A stretch of 45,023 nt of DNA from a virus. Its lineage: Duplodnaviria > Caudoviricetes. Shown here piece after piece: positions 9,074-18,750 of this stretch (position 1 is the first letter of the stretch; each line of letters opens with the position of its first letter). The notes below the pieces were generated by a model. It ran no database searches. It saw nothing but the letters and a program-made list of their open reading frames with translations, and had not been told where the DNA came from. The stretch is from IMG/VR virus record IMGVR_UViG_3300026546_000006, positions 1 through 45,023 of that record; one strand, written 5' to 3'. The position numbers and the translations under genes were made by a program.

Positions 9074-11638
9074 ATGGCTTACAATCGAAAAGAAGTTTAT
9101 AAAGAAACATTAAAATATTTTAATGGTGATAATTTAGCAACTGATGTTTGGATTAATAAATACGCATTAAAAGATTCTGATGAAAAAATATATGAATTAA
9201 CACCAGATGACATGCATAAAAGATTATCTAAAGAATTATATAGAATTGAAAAAAAATATAATAATCCATTAACTGAAAATGAAATATATAATTTAATTAA
9301 AGATTTTAAATATATTATACCACAAGGTAGTCCAATGGCTGGAATTGGTAATTATAAACAAGCAGTATCATTATCTAATTGTTTTGTAATTGGAAATAAT
9401 GATGATTCATATGGTGGTATTTTTCAAATAGATCAAGAACAAGCACAATTAATGAAAAGAAGAGGTGGTGTTGGTCATGATTTATCTCATATTAGACCTA
9501 AAGGTTCACCAGTAAAAAATTCAGCATTATCATCTACAGGCATTGTTCCATTTATGGAAAGATATTCAAATACAACTCGAGAAGTAGCACAAGATGGTAG
9601 ACGAGGGGCATTAATGTTAACTGTTTCAATAAAACATCCAGATAGTGAAGATTTTATAAATGCTAAAGTAGATACTACTAAAATTACAGGAGCAAATATT
9701 TCTGTTAAAATTAATGATGATTTTATGAAATCTATTGAAAATAATACAGAATATATTCAACAATTTCCAATAAATTCAAAAAAACCAAAATATATAAAAT
9801 CTATCAATCCTAATACTATATGGGATAAAATTATTTATAATGCTTGGAAATCAGCAGAACCTGGTGTATTATTTTGGGATACAATTATAAATGAATCAGT
9901 TGCTGATTTATATGCTGATAATGGATTTAAAACAGTTAGTACTAATCCATGTGGTGAAATAACATTATGTCCATATGATAGTTGTAGATTATTGGCATTA
10001 AATTTATATAGTTTTGTTGATTATCCATTTACAAAAAAATCAAAATTTAATTTTGATAAATTTAGAAAATATGTAAGATATGCACAAAAATTTATGGATG
10101 ATATTGTAGATTTAGAACAAGAAAAAATAGAAAAAATATTAAATAAAATTAAAAATGATCCTGAAAGTGATATTGTTAAATTAACTGAAAAAAAATTATG
10201 GGAAAAAATATATAATAAAACTGTTGAAGGTAGAAGAACAGGATTAGGTATTACAGCAGAAGGTGATATGTTAGCTGCATTAGGACTTAAATATGGAACA
10301 AAAAAGGCAACTGATTTTTCAACTTTAGTACATAAAGAATTAGCAATAAATGCATATATGTCATCTATTGATTTAGCAAAAGAAAGGGGATCATTTGGTG
10401 TATTTGATATTGAAAAAGAATTTATTAATAATAAATTTAAAAATCCATTTTTATCAAGAATTTTTGATAATTTATCAGATGAATATTTAAATAAATATAA
10501 AAAATATGGAAGAAGAAATATATCATGTTTAACTATAGCTCCAACTGGTAGTTTATCAATAATGACACAAACATCATCTGGTATTGAACCAGTATTTTTA
10601 ACTGCATATAAAAGAAGAAGAAAAATTAATCCAAATGATAAAGATTCTAAATCTCATTTTATAGATGAAAATGGTGATCATTGGGAAGAATATACAGTAT
10701 TACATCATAAATTTAAAGAATGGTTAAAAATTAATAATTATAATATTGATGATTTTTCAAAATTAAAACCTACAGATATGGATGAAATTATAAAAAAATC
10801 ACCATATTATCAATCTACATCTGCTGATATAGATTGGGTTGAAAAAGTTAAAATGCAAGGTTCAATACAAAAATGGGTTGATCATTCAATTTCTGTTACT
10901 ATAAATTTACCGTCTGATGCAACTATTGAAACAGTTGATAAATTATATAAAACAGCATGGAAACATGGATGTAAAGGTGTAACTGTATATAGAGATGGTA
11001 GTAGATCAGGTGTTATGATAAAACATGATGGAGAAGAAAAAACCATTAATGATTATATAAAAGAAAATAATGCACCTAAAAGACCAAAAACACTTGAATG
11101 TGAAGTAGTTAGATTTGTAAATAATAAAGAAAAATGGATTGGTTTTTTAGGTATATATGAAACAGATGATTATAAATTTCCATATGAATTATTTACTGGA
11201 TTATTAGAATCATTTCCAATACCAAATCATGTTGAAAAAGGTTGGATTGTTAAAAATAAAAATAAAAAAACAAATAAAACACAATATGATTTTATTTATT
11301 TAGATAAAGATAATTATGAAGTTATTATGACAGGTCTTGGTAGAGCATTTAATAGAGAATTTTGGAATACTAGTAAAATGATTTCAGCATTATTAAGACA
11401 TAAAATACATTTACCAACAATTATGAATTTAGTTGATTCTTTAAAAATAAATGGAAAAGATGAAGATAATTACCCATTATTTGGTACTTGGCAAGCTGGT
11501 GTTAAAAGAATATTAAAGAAATATTTAAAAAATGTTGTAACTGATGAAACATGTCCAATTTGTGGATCAACAAATATTGTTAGATTAGAAGGTTGTTTAA
11601 CATGTATGGATTGTCAATGGTCAAAATGTTCTTCTTAA
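9074..11638 (+). CDS. nrdJ: Class II (adenosylcobalamin-dependent) ribonucleotide reductase, Bacteroidota-type
   Basis: SLSNCFV, TNPCGEI, TIAPTG, CKGVTVYRDGSR; C-terminal Zn ribbon CPICG...CMDCQWSKC; no R2 subunit gene nearby. Confidence 0.9.
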   Translation: MAYNRKEVYKETLKYFNGDNLATDVWINKYALKDSDEKIYELTPDDMHKRLSKELYRIEKKYNNPLTENEIYNLIKDFKYIIPQGSPMAGIGNYKQAVSLSNCFVIGNNDDSYGGIFQIDQEQAQLMKRRGGVGHDLSHIRPKGSPVKNSALSSTGIVPFMERYSNTTREVAQDGRRGALMLTVSIKHPDSEDFINAKVDTTKITGANISVKINDDFMKSIENNTEYIQQFPINSKKPKYIKSINPNTIWDKIIYNAWKSAEPGVLFWDTIINESVADLYADNGFKTVSTNPCGEITLCPYDSCRLLALNLYSFVDYPFTKKSKFNFDKFRKYVRYAQKFMDDIVDLEQEKIEKILNKIKNDPESDIVKLTEKKLWEKIYNKTVEGRRTGLGITAEGDMLAALGLKYGTKKATDFSTLVHKELAINAYMSSIDLAKERGSFGVFDIEKEFINNKFKNPFLSRIFDNLSDEYLNKYKKYGRRNISCLTIAPTGSLSIMTQTSSGIEPVFLTAYKRRRKINPNDKDSKSHFIDENGDHWEEYTVLHHKFKEWLKINNYNIDDFSKLKPTDMDEIIKKSPYYQSTSADIDWVEKVKMQGSIQKWVDHSISVTINLPSDATIETVDKLYKTAWKHGCKGVTVYRDGSRSGVMIKHDGEEKTINDYIKENNAPKRPKTLECEVVRFVNNKEKWIGFLGIYETDDYKFPYELFTGLLESFPIPNHVEKGWIVKNKNKKTNKTQYDFIYLDKDNYEVIMTGLGRAFNREFWNTSKMISALLRHKIHLPTIMNLVDSLKINGKDEDNYPLFGTWQAGVKRILKKYLKNVVTDETCPICGSTNIVRLEGCLTCMDCQWSKCSS

Positions 11639-11652
11639 AATAATTTATTTAA

Positions 11653-12375
11653 ATGAAATATTTAGGATCAAAAAATAGAATATCTAAATATATTCTACCA
11701 ATTATATTAAAAAATAGAAAAAAAGATCAATGGTATGTTGAACCATTTGCTGGTGGTATGAATTTAATAGATAAAGTAGATGGAAAAAGAATTGCAAATG
11801 ATAATAATAAATATTTAATAGAAATGTGGAAAGGTCTAATAAAAAATAAAGATAGGCCATATACAATATCTAGAGATTTATATAATAAAGCACGAAATGA
11901 ATACAATAAAAAAACAAATAATTATTTTGATGACTTTATGATTGGCTGGATAGGTTGGATGGGTAGTTATAATGGTAAATTTTTTGATGGTGGATATTCA
12001 GGTCATAATGTTAATAATAGAGATTATATATCAGAACAAATAAAAAATACAGAAAAACAAATAAAATTATTAAAAGATGTTGTATTTTTAAATAAAGATT
12101 ACAAAAAAATTTTTATACCTTATAAATCAATTATTTATTGTGATATCCCATATCAGAATAAAACACAATATAAAACATCGAAAAATTTTAATTATGATGA
12201 ATTTTGGAATTGGTGTCGAAATAAAACAAATGATGGACATTATATTTATATATCAGAATATAATGCACCATCTGATTTTATATCTATTTGGGAAAAAAAA
12301 ATCACTAATTCATTAAATACAAATAAAACTTATAGACCAGTCGAAAAATTATTTATTTATAAAAATAAATTATAA
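11653..12375 (+). CDS. DNA adenine methyltransferase (D12/Dam-like), orphan
   Basis: MKYLGSK, YVEPFAGG, ANDNN, catalytic IYCDIPY (DPPY variant), ISEY. Confidence 0.85.
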   Translation: MKYLGSKNRISKYILPIILKNRKKDQWYVEPFAGGMNLIDKVDGKRIANDNNKYLIEMWKGLIKNKDRPYTISRDLYNKARNEYNKKTNNYFDDFMIGWIGWMGSYNGKFFDGGYSGHNVNNRDYISEQIKNTEKQIKLLKDVVFLNKDYKKIFIPYKSIIYCDIPYQNKTQYKTSKNFNYDEFWNWCRNKTNDGHYIYISEYNAPSDFISIWEKKITNSLNTNKTYRPVEKLFIYKNKL

Positions 12376-12377
12376 TT

Positions 12378-12896
12378 ATGAAATTTAAAATAAAACAAGG
12401 AAACCATTACACAAATAAAAGATGGTGGATTAGATTAAATAGAAAAAATAGATTTAAAAAAATAGCATATTCAGTTGTTTTAAGTTCTAATTGGTATTAT
12501 AATGATAATATAATATCATATTCTGGTTGGAATAAAATATTTGGATTTGGTGCAATAAATCATCATAATATTTCAGCTCGATTAGTTTGCAAACCAGATA
12601 AAGAAAATAAAGATAGATTAATAATTGCTTCTTATGTATATAAAAATGGTGAATGGTTTGATAATATTTTTAGTTATACATATACAGAAAATGCAAAATC
12701 TATGGCAATTAGAGTTATTGAAAATGATGATATAACTAAACGAGGTTATAAATTTTATTGTGGTAATGATTCAATTTTTATACAACATGATAATCCAAGA
12801 TATGAAAAAAAATTATGGCCTTATTTCGGTGGTTGGGATAGATCATATAAAGATATTTTTGTAACCTTAAAAAAAATTACCGATATTAAATGGTAA
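12378..12896 (+). CDS. Hypothetical protein
   Basis: 172 aa; aromatic motifs WNKIFGF and WPYFGG; last gene of the operon. Confidence 0.75.
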   Translation: MKFKIKQGNHYTNKRWWIRLNRKNRFKKIAYSVVLSSNWYYNDNIISYSGWNKIFGFGAINHHNISARLVCKPDKENKDRLIIASYVYKNGEWFDNIFSYTYTENAKSMAIRVIENDDITKRGYKFYCGNDSIFIQHDNPRYEKKLWPYFGGWDRSYKDIFVTLKKITDIKW

Positions 12897-13841
12897 TTAA
12901 GTTGAATCATATATCTTATATATTGTATTTAATTCATTTAATAATGTATCATTAATTGTATTTTTAATAATATTTCTAATATTAAAATCATATGTTATAT
13001 TTTTAATTTTATTATTATCATTACTATTATTACTATTCTTTTTGATCAAATATTTTACTTTAATATTATTATTATTAATAAATAAATTAAATTTATTTAT
13101 ATTTTCTTTATTATTTAATATATTCTCTTTTATTATTATTTCTATTTTATCCTTTTTATTGATATTTATTTTATTTAAATCACTAATATCAAATATATCA
13201 TATGATATAAAATTAGGACTATATTTATTTTTTACTAATTTAAATTTTTTTTTAATTGTATCTATTATTAATAATCCATTCTTATTTTTAAAATCATTTA
13301 CATTAATATAATTATTATTTAATTGATATGGACTACCGATATTTATTATATTATCGATAATATCATTATTATTAAAATATGTACAAATAGATATATCAAA
13401 ATTTTTTAAAAATAATTTATATGATTCATTTATTAAAAAATTAGAATTAAATATTATAATTGGTTTAATATTTTTAATATCTAATAAATTTAATTTATTA
13501 GATATTAATATAACATTATTATTTATAATTTTTGAATTATCAATAATAAAAATATTTTTTAATCGATTTAAAATTGTTGTTGAATATTTATCATTTAATG
13601 AATTAATTACATATATTGGTAATATTTTAGATATTTTATCAAAAATATCTAAAACATTATTTATTAAATTAAAATCAGCATGTATTTTATTATAAAATAA
13701 ATTACCACCATGTACAAATATATCTCCTTTTTTTGATTTTTGTTTTAAAAATGGTATAAGTATATCATAAAAATATGATATTTGATACTTTGTCATATTT
13801 TTATAACCGAATAAAGTATTTGATATTAAAAATATTTTCAT
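12897..13841 (-). CDS. Degenerate Mre11/SbcD (T4 gp47-like) metallophosphoesterase
   Basis: Motif layout preserved (KIFLISNTLFG, GDIFVHGGNLF, IGSPYQ), but the metal ligands are substituted. Confidence 0.7.
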   Translation of the reverse strand: MKIFLISNTLFGYKNMTKYQISYFYDILIPFLKQKSKKGDIFVHGGNLFYNKIHADFNLINNVLDIFDKISKILPIYVINSLNDKYSTTILNRLKNIFIIDNSKIINNNVILISNKLNLLDIKNIKPIIIFNSNFLINESYKLFLKNFDISICTYFNNNDIIDNIINIGSPYQLNNNYINVNDFKNKNGLLIIDTIKKKFKLVKNKYSPNFISYDIFDISDLNKININKKDKIEIIIKENILNNKENINKFNLFINNNNIKVKYLIKKNSNNSNDNNKIKNITYDFNIRNIIKNTINDTLLNELNTIYKIYDST

Positions 13842-13842
13842 A

Positions 13843-14607
13843 TTATACTGTTGTTTCTAATACTATCATTAAATCTGATATATTATCAGATACTAATATA
13901 TAATTTTCAAATAAATAAACTATACTATCATTATCAAAAGTAATAGAATTAAAATATTTTTTAGGAAATGATACAGTAATATTATCATAATTAACATTAT
14001 CTATTTTTAAATCCCATTTATTATCACCAATAAATATATCATTATTATATACTTTAATTGATAAAATATCATTAATAATATCAATAGTAGATAATCTTTT
14101 TATTTTTTTAAAATTTTCTTTATTTAATTTAAAATTAAATAAAGACTTTTTTTTATCTGTTAAATAATCAATATCATCTTTAGTAATTTCTTTACTCATC
14201 ATTAACGGATCACCACATATTTCTTTTATTTTTAAAATATCATTCATTAAATGAATATAATTTGCATTCATATCACTTTCATCAAAAGAAATTTTTAATT
14301 TAATATCATTATTTAAATCAATAAAATTTTGTGCATTTCTATTAAATTTTTTACCGTCTTTAATAACAATTGATATATTTTTATCAATTGTTCTTTTTTT
14401 ATAAAAAATATCATTAGTATTTAATGTAACTGTTTTAAATGCATGAATATCATTTATATCTTTACCCACAAATGAATAAAATATAATATTTATATCATTT
14501 AATATAATTATAATTGTTGAATTAATTAAGGATAATTCTTTAATTACTGTTATAAATTTTTTAAATTGTTCAATATTAGACGTTAAACTTATTATTTTGT
14601 CTGTCAT
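13843..14607 (-). CDS. Putative sliding clamp (gp45-like)
   Basis: 254 aa with two repeated beta-alpha units (F.L.KENFKKIKRLS in the second); adjacent to the gp47-like gene. Confidence 0.55.
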   Translation of the reverse strand: MTDKIISLTSNIEQFKKFITVIKELSLINSTIIIILNDINIIFYSFVGKDINDIHAFKTVTLNTNDIFYKKRTIDKNISIVIKDGKKFNRNAQNFIDLNNDIKLKISFDESDMNANYIHLMNDILKIKEICGDPLMMSKEITKDDIDYLTDKKKSLFNFKLNKENFKKIKRLSTIDIINDILSIKVYNNDIFIGDNKWDLKIDNVNYDNITVSFPKKYFNSITFDNDSIVYLFENYILVSDNISDLMIVLETTV

Positions 14608-14662
14608 TAATTAATATGATTTTTATATTTTAATAAAATAAAAATATAAAGTTTAATATTTT

Positions 14663-15364
14663 TTAATAATACCACATTACATAATGATGATATATATGTA
14701 TACCACTGATTTTTCTATGATTATAAATATAATCTTGTTCGATAATATTATTATCTAAATATACTTTATAAATTAAACCTACTTCTGATCCACATGCATA
14801 TGTAATATAATCTAAATTATTATAAATAACATCTTTTTTATTAATATTAAATGTAGTATCAATAAAACCAACACCATCTAATAATATTTCATCATATAAA
14901 TTACCTTTATCATTAATGGTTAATTCCGCTGATTCTGGTGATATAATTTCAGTATAAAATCTAATAAACCAATTTTTAATTATTGGATTAAATATTATAT
15001 TATAATTATATTTATTTATTTCAATTTTATCACTTCTATATAAAGAAAAATAATTAATCATTACATCATTTCTAAATACTTTTAATGATGTTTGAATATT
15101 ATTTAAATTTTTTATAAAATTTAAATTAATATTTAATATTTCATTATTTTTTAAATAAAAATCTTCACTTAATAAATAAAATTTTGATGATGAAACATAA
15201 ACAGTATCAAATTTTATTATATTATCATTAATTAATAATAATTGAATAGAATTTGTTCTATCCCATATTTCAATATGATATTTTGATTTTGGAATATTTA
15301 CAATATTTTTTTTACAAGAAAAAAACAGAAATACAACAGAAATTAATAATATTATTTTTTTCAT
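14663..15364 (-). CDS. Lipoprotein
   Basis: Signal peptidase II signal MKKIILLISVVFLFFS-CKK. Confidence 0.75.
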   Translation of the reverse strand: MKKIILLISVVFLFFSCKKNIVNIPKSKYHIEIWDRTNSIQLLLINDNIIKFDTVYVSSSKFYLLSEDFYLKNNEILNINLNFIKNLNNIQTSLKVFRNDVMINYFSLYRSDKIEINKYNYNIIFNPIIKNWFIRFYTEIISPESAELTINDKGNLYDEILLDGVGFIDTTFNINKKDVIYNNLDYITYACGSEVGLIYKVYLDNNIIEQDYIYNHRKISGIHIYHHYVMWYY

Positions 15365-15379
15365 TTTACATATTTTTTA

Positions 15380-15387
15380 CAAAGATA
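15380..15387 (-). promoter_or_regulatory. Bacteroidota sigma-A type -7 element (TAnnTTTG)
   Basis: TATCTTTG on the minus strand 15 nt before the lipoprotein ATG; no clear -33 TTTG. Confidence 0.55.
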
Positions 15388-15423
15388 ATAAAAAATTAAT
15401 AATATTATTATTAAATAAAAAAA

Positions 15424-15693
15424 TTATTTAAAAAAATTTAATATTTGAATTTTCAAATAATTATAATAATCTTTATCATTAGTAATTGGTCCAAAATCTC
15501 TAAAAAATACACCTTCATATAATTTATATTTTTTATCATTTTTAGAAAAAACAATATTCTCTAATCGTTTTTCAATTGTTTTGCCATTTATAATAGTATT
15601 TGTTAATTCATTATCAAATGAAAATTGAATATTTCTTTTATTTGATAATTCAAATATTAAATTTTTTATATAAATATTATTTATTTCTCTCAT
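15424..15693 (-). CDS. Hypothetical protein
   Basis: 89-aa ORF filling the gap. Confidence 0.65.
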   Translation of the reverse strand: MREINNIYIKNLIFELSNKRNIQFSFDNELTNTIINGKTIEKRLENIVFSKNDKKYKLYEGVFFRDFGPITNDKDYYNYLKIQILNFFK

Positions 15694-15711
15694 TTATCTC
15701 ATTTTTTTAAA

Positions 15712-15746
15712 AAAAAACTCTTGAATTATATATTCAAGAGTTTTTT
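15712..15746. terminator. Intrinsic terminator (bidirectional form)
   Basis: aaaaaactcttgaat-tatat-attcaagagtttttt, downstream of the clpP cluster. Confidence 0.8.
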
Positions 15747-15774
15747 ATATAGTAATATTTAAAATTGTTTTTTT

Positions 15775-15864
15775 TTAATTAAATAAAATATAAATCATAG
15801 CAACAATAACTATTATTATCACTATTTCAAGAAAACTAATAATTATTTTTTCTAAAATGTTCAT
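15775..15864 (-). CDS. 29-aa single-TM micropeptide
   Basis: MNILEKIIISFLEIVIIIVIVAMIYILFN*, with an A-rich leader; lies between clpP and the terminator; not in the ORF track. Confidence 0.45.
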   Translation of the reverse strand: MNILEKIIISFLEIVIIIVIVAMIYILFN

Positions 15865-15911
15865 TTTAAATTGTTTTTTTAATTAAATTATTATTTCAAG
15901 AAAACTAATAA

Positions 15912-16682
15912 TTATATATTTCCATTTTTATTAGATAATAATATATTATTATTTAATACCTCATCTTTATAATATTCATCAAAACCATCTAACATACTAG
16001 ATATTGTATTATTATTATCTAATCCAATTATTTCATCAATTAAACCAAATTCTAATGCTTCATCTGAATTAAACCATCTATCAAATCTTGATAATACATA
16101 AACATCTTCAAATGATTTTCCTGTATTTTCAGCTAATTTTTTAAATAAAATATAATTATATTTTTCTGCTTCTAATTGACTAATTCTAGTATCTTGAATA
16201 TTACCGCTAGTACCATGTGATACCATATGTGTCATTACTTTAGAATAAATTAATGAACTTCTTTTTCCCTTTGTTCCAGATGATAATAATACAGAACCCA
16301 TTGATGCACACATACCCAGATTAATTGTAGCAATATCAGGTTTAACATAATTCATAACATCAATAATACTTAAACCAGCCATTACTGAACCACCTGGTGT
16401 ATCTAAATGAATGGTAATATCTCTATCATCGTTTACACTGTTTAAATACATTAATTGTGCTTGAACAACAGATGATGTTCTATTTGTAATTGGACCAGAA
16501 ATCCAAATTATTCTATCCATCATCATTCTATCAAAAACAGACATTAATGAAACTCTCATTTTTCTTTCTTCTAAAATCATTGGTGTCATTGATGCATTTA
16601 CCTGTGATGATATAACATCATCAACTAATGTTGTATTTAACCCAATATGTTTAGTTGCATATTTTTTAAAATCTTTTTCCAT
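15912..16682 (-). CDS. clpP: Clp protease proteolytic subunit, Bacteroidota-like
   Basis: DTPGGSV, GMCASMGS (Ser), VMTH (His), DRWFNSDEALEFGLIDEI (Asp); N-terminus DFKKYATKHIG resembles Bacteroidota ClpP. Confidence 0.93.
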   Translation of the reverse strand: MEKDFKKYATKHIGLNTTLVDDVISSQVNASMTPMILEERKMRVSLMSVFDRMMMDRIIWISGPITNRTSSVVQAQLMYLNSVNDDRDITIHLDTPGGSVMAGLSIIDVMNYVKPDIATINLGMCASMGSVLLSSGTKGKRSSLIYSKVMTHMVSHGTSGNIQDTRISQLEAEKYNYILFKKLAENTGKSFEDVYVLSRFDRWFNSDEALEFGLIDEIIGLDNNNTISSMLDGFDEYYKDEVLNNNILLSNKNGNI

Positions 16683-16702
16683 GTTTTATTTATTTTTAAT
16701 AA

Positions 16703-16810
16703 TTATTTACCTTGACCAATGTATTTTTTTTTATAATTTTTTGAATTTTTTAATTTGGATTCTTTTGTTTTAGCATGAACACCTTTTCTTTTCTTTTTAA
16801 AATCTTTCAT
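16703..16810 (-). CDS. 35-aa highly basic peptide ending KKYIGQGK
   Basis: MKDFKKKRKGVHAKTKESKLKNSKNYKKKYIGQGK*, translated by hand; fills the M42-clpP gap. Confidence 0.7.
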   Translation of the reverse strand: MKDFKKKRKGVHAKTKESKLKNSKNYKKKYIGQGK

Positions 16811-16866
16811 TTATTAATAATTTTTTATTTAATTTAAATATACATATAATATTTTTATTATAAAAA

Positions 16867-17925
16867 TTATATTGTTAAATATTTAAAATTTTGTTTATAA
16901 TTAATATTTTTAAGTACTTCTATTAATAATTTTATTACCATTTTAACATCATCTATACTAGCTGTTTCAACTGTTGTGTGCATATATTTTAATGGTATAG
17001 AAATTAAAGCACTTGGTATACCACTATTAGCAAATGCAAATGATTCTGTATCTGTACCAGTTGAATTACCTGATATTTTTCTTTGATATTTTATACCATT
17101 TTTGATAGATACATTTTCAATTAATTCAATTAATTTTTGTTGAATAGTTGGACCAAATGTAAATACAGGACCATTTCCACATTTAATATCACCACTTTTT
17201 ATTTTATTCATCATTGGTATTGTAGTATCATGTGTTACATCAATAACAATTGCAACATTAGGTTTAATTGTATTTGCAATTATTTTTGCTCCTTTTAAAC
17301 CAACTTCTTCTTGAACAGAATTAACAATATATAAACCAAATGGTAATTTTATAGATTTATTTTTTATTTTTTTAACAATTTGACTTAATATATAACCACC
17401 TAATTTATTATCTAATGCTTTACCATTATAATATTTATTATTTAAAATATTAAATTTATCTGGATATGTAACTAAACAACCAACATAAATTCCCATATCA
17501 TTAACTTCTTTTTTACTAGTTGCTCCAATATCTATAAAAATATTATCTATATTTGGTTGATTATCAGTTTTTTTTCTAACATGTACAGCAGGCCACCCAA
17601 AAAATCCATCAACTATACCAGTTTTAGTATGAATATTTATTTTTTTTGATAATGATATTTGATGATCCGATCCACCATTTTTTGCAACATAAATATATCC
17701 TTTATCTGATATATATTTAACACGATATGACACTTCATCTACATGAGCTTCTATTACAACTTTATAATCAGATTCGGGATTTATTACACCAACTGCTGTA
17801 CCATAATCATCAATTATAATTTTATCAACATATTTTTTAATATAATTAATCCATATTTGTTGAGATTCATTTTCATATCCCGATGGTGATGCACTATTTA
17901 AATAATTAAATAAAAATTTTTTCAT
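16867..17925 (-). CDS. M42 family (TET-like) aminopeptidase
   Basis: SPSGYE, EAHVDEV, KALDNKLG, VQEEVGLKGA, IDVTH, GTDT, LKYMHTTVE. Confidence 0.9.
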   Translation of the reverse strand: MKKFLFNYLNSASPSGYENESQQIWINYIKKYVDKIIIDDYGTAVGVINPESDYKVVIEAHVDEVSYRVKYISDKGYIYVAKNGGSDHQISLSKKINIHTKTGIVDGFFGWPAVHVRKKTDNQPNIDNIFIDIGATSKKEVNDMGIYVGCLVTYPDKFNILNNKYYNGKALDNKLGGYILSQIVKKIKNKSIKLPFGLYIVNSVQEEVGLKGAKIIANTIKPNVAIVIDVTHDTTIPMMNKIKSGDIKCGNGPVFTFGPTIQQKLIELIENVSIKNGIKYQRKISGNSTGTDTESFAFANSGIPSALISIPLKYMHTTVETASIDDVKMVIKLLIEVLKNINYKQNFKYLTI

Positions 17926-17937
17926 ATAATATAATAT

Positions 17938-18150
17938 TTATTGTAATTCATAATCATCTAATGTTTCAATAATTAAATATATTGAATAGCTTAAAATCAT
18001 ACCTACTATAATTGGTAATGTTAATATATAAATATTAATATCTTTATTAAGAACCAAATATTCATAAGATATATATAATAAAAATAAACATGATATTAAT
18101 ATCAATATATTATAAATTAATTTTTTATTAGAAAATTTATTAAAATCCAT
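17938..18150 (-). CDS. Small two-TM membrane protein
   Basis: 70 aa with two hydrophobic segments; AAGAGG just upstream. Confidence 0.65.
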   Translation of the reverse strand: MDFNKFSNKKLIYNILILISCLFLLYISYEYLVLNKDINIYILTLPIIVGMILSYSIYLIIETLDDYELQ

Positions 18151-18211
18151 ATCCTCTTTTTAAATTAAACTATAACGAATATAATTATTTAATTTTATAA
18201 TAAAAAATATT

Positions 18212-18748
18212 TTATATTTTATAATCATATTTTAATTTTAATAACATATATTCTGTTATTAAATCATATTTTTTAATTGTATCAATATCACCTAAACTAA
18301 TTTTTATTAATTGATAATTATTATTTGGTGGTATTTGTTTAAAATCATTATAATTTAATTCTAATAATGAAATATAATATCGACCTGCATCTTGTTCATT
18401 TTTGAATAATACATTATCAATATTAATTGAATAATTTTGTCGTAATACAATACCACATGTTTTCAATAATATTTTTTTTATTGATTCTTCTATTATATCT
18501 ATATCATTTTTATCATCTGTAATTACTTTAATAAAATTTACAGTATTATTATCATTCATATTAAATGCAGCAACATTATTATAAGATAATAATATATACC
18601 CTTCATCTTTTAAATATGGTAAAATAACTATTTTATCTTTACTTGATATTATATTTTCATTTTTATAATTAATAATTTTTATATTATCATTATTATTAAT
18701 AATATTTTGATCTTTTTTATATTTATCTAATTTTGAAAATTTTTTCAT
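18212..18748 (-). CDS. Hypothetical protein, possibly a degenerate Nudix fold
   Basis: IVILPY...ILL, followed by EESIKKILLKTCGI at the Nudix-box position; N-terminal MKKFSKL. Confidence 0.5.
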   Translation of the reverse strand: MKKFSKLDKYKKDQNIINNNDNIKIINYKNENIISSKDKIVILPYLKDEGYILLSYNNVAAFNMNDNNTVNFIKVITDDKNDIDIIEESIKKILLKTCGIVLRQNYSINIDNVLFKNEQDAGRYYISLLELNYNDFKQIPPNNNYQLIKISLGDIDTIKKYDLITEYMLLKLKYDYKI

Positions 18749-18750
18749 TT

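Noticed and set aside
5685-11638. Inteins or introns in UvsX, helicase or RNR
   Set aside because: Lengths are ordinary, motifs are contiguous, and no intein-like C...HN blocks were seen.
11653-12896. Restriction-modification pair (MTase plus downstream ORF)
   Set aside because: The downstream 172-aa ORF shows no recognisable nuclease motif; orphan MTases are common in large phages.
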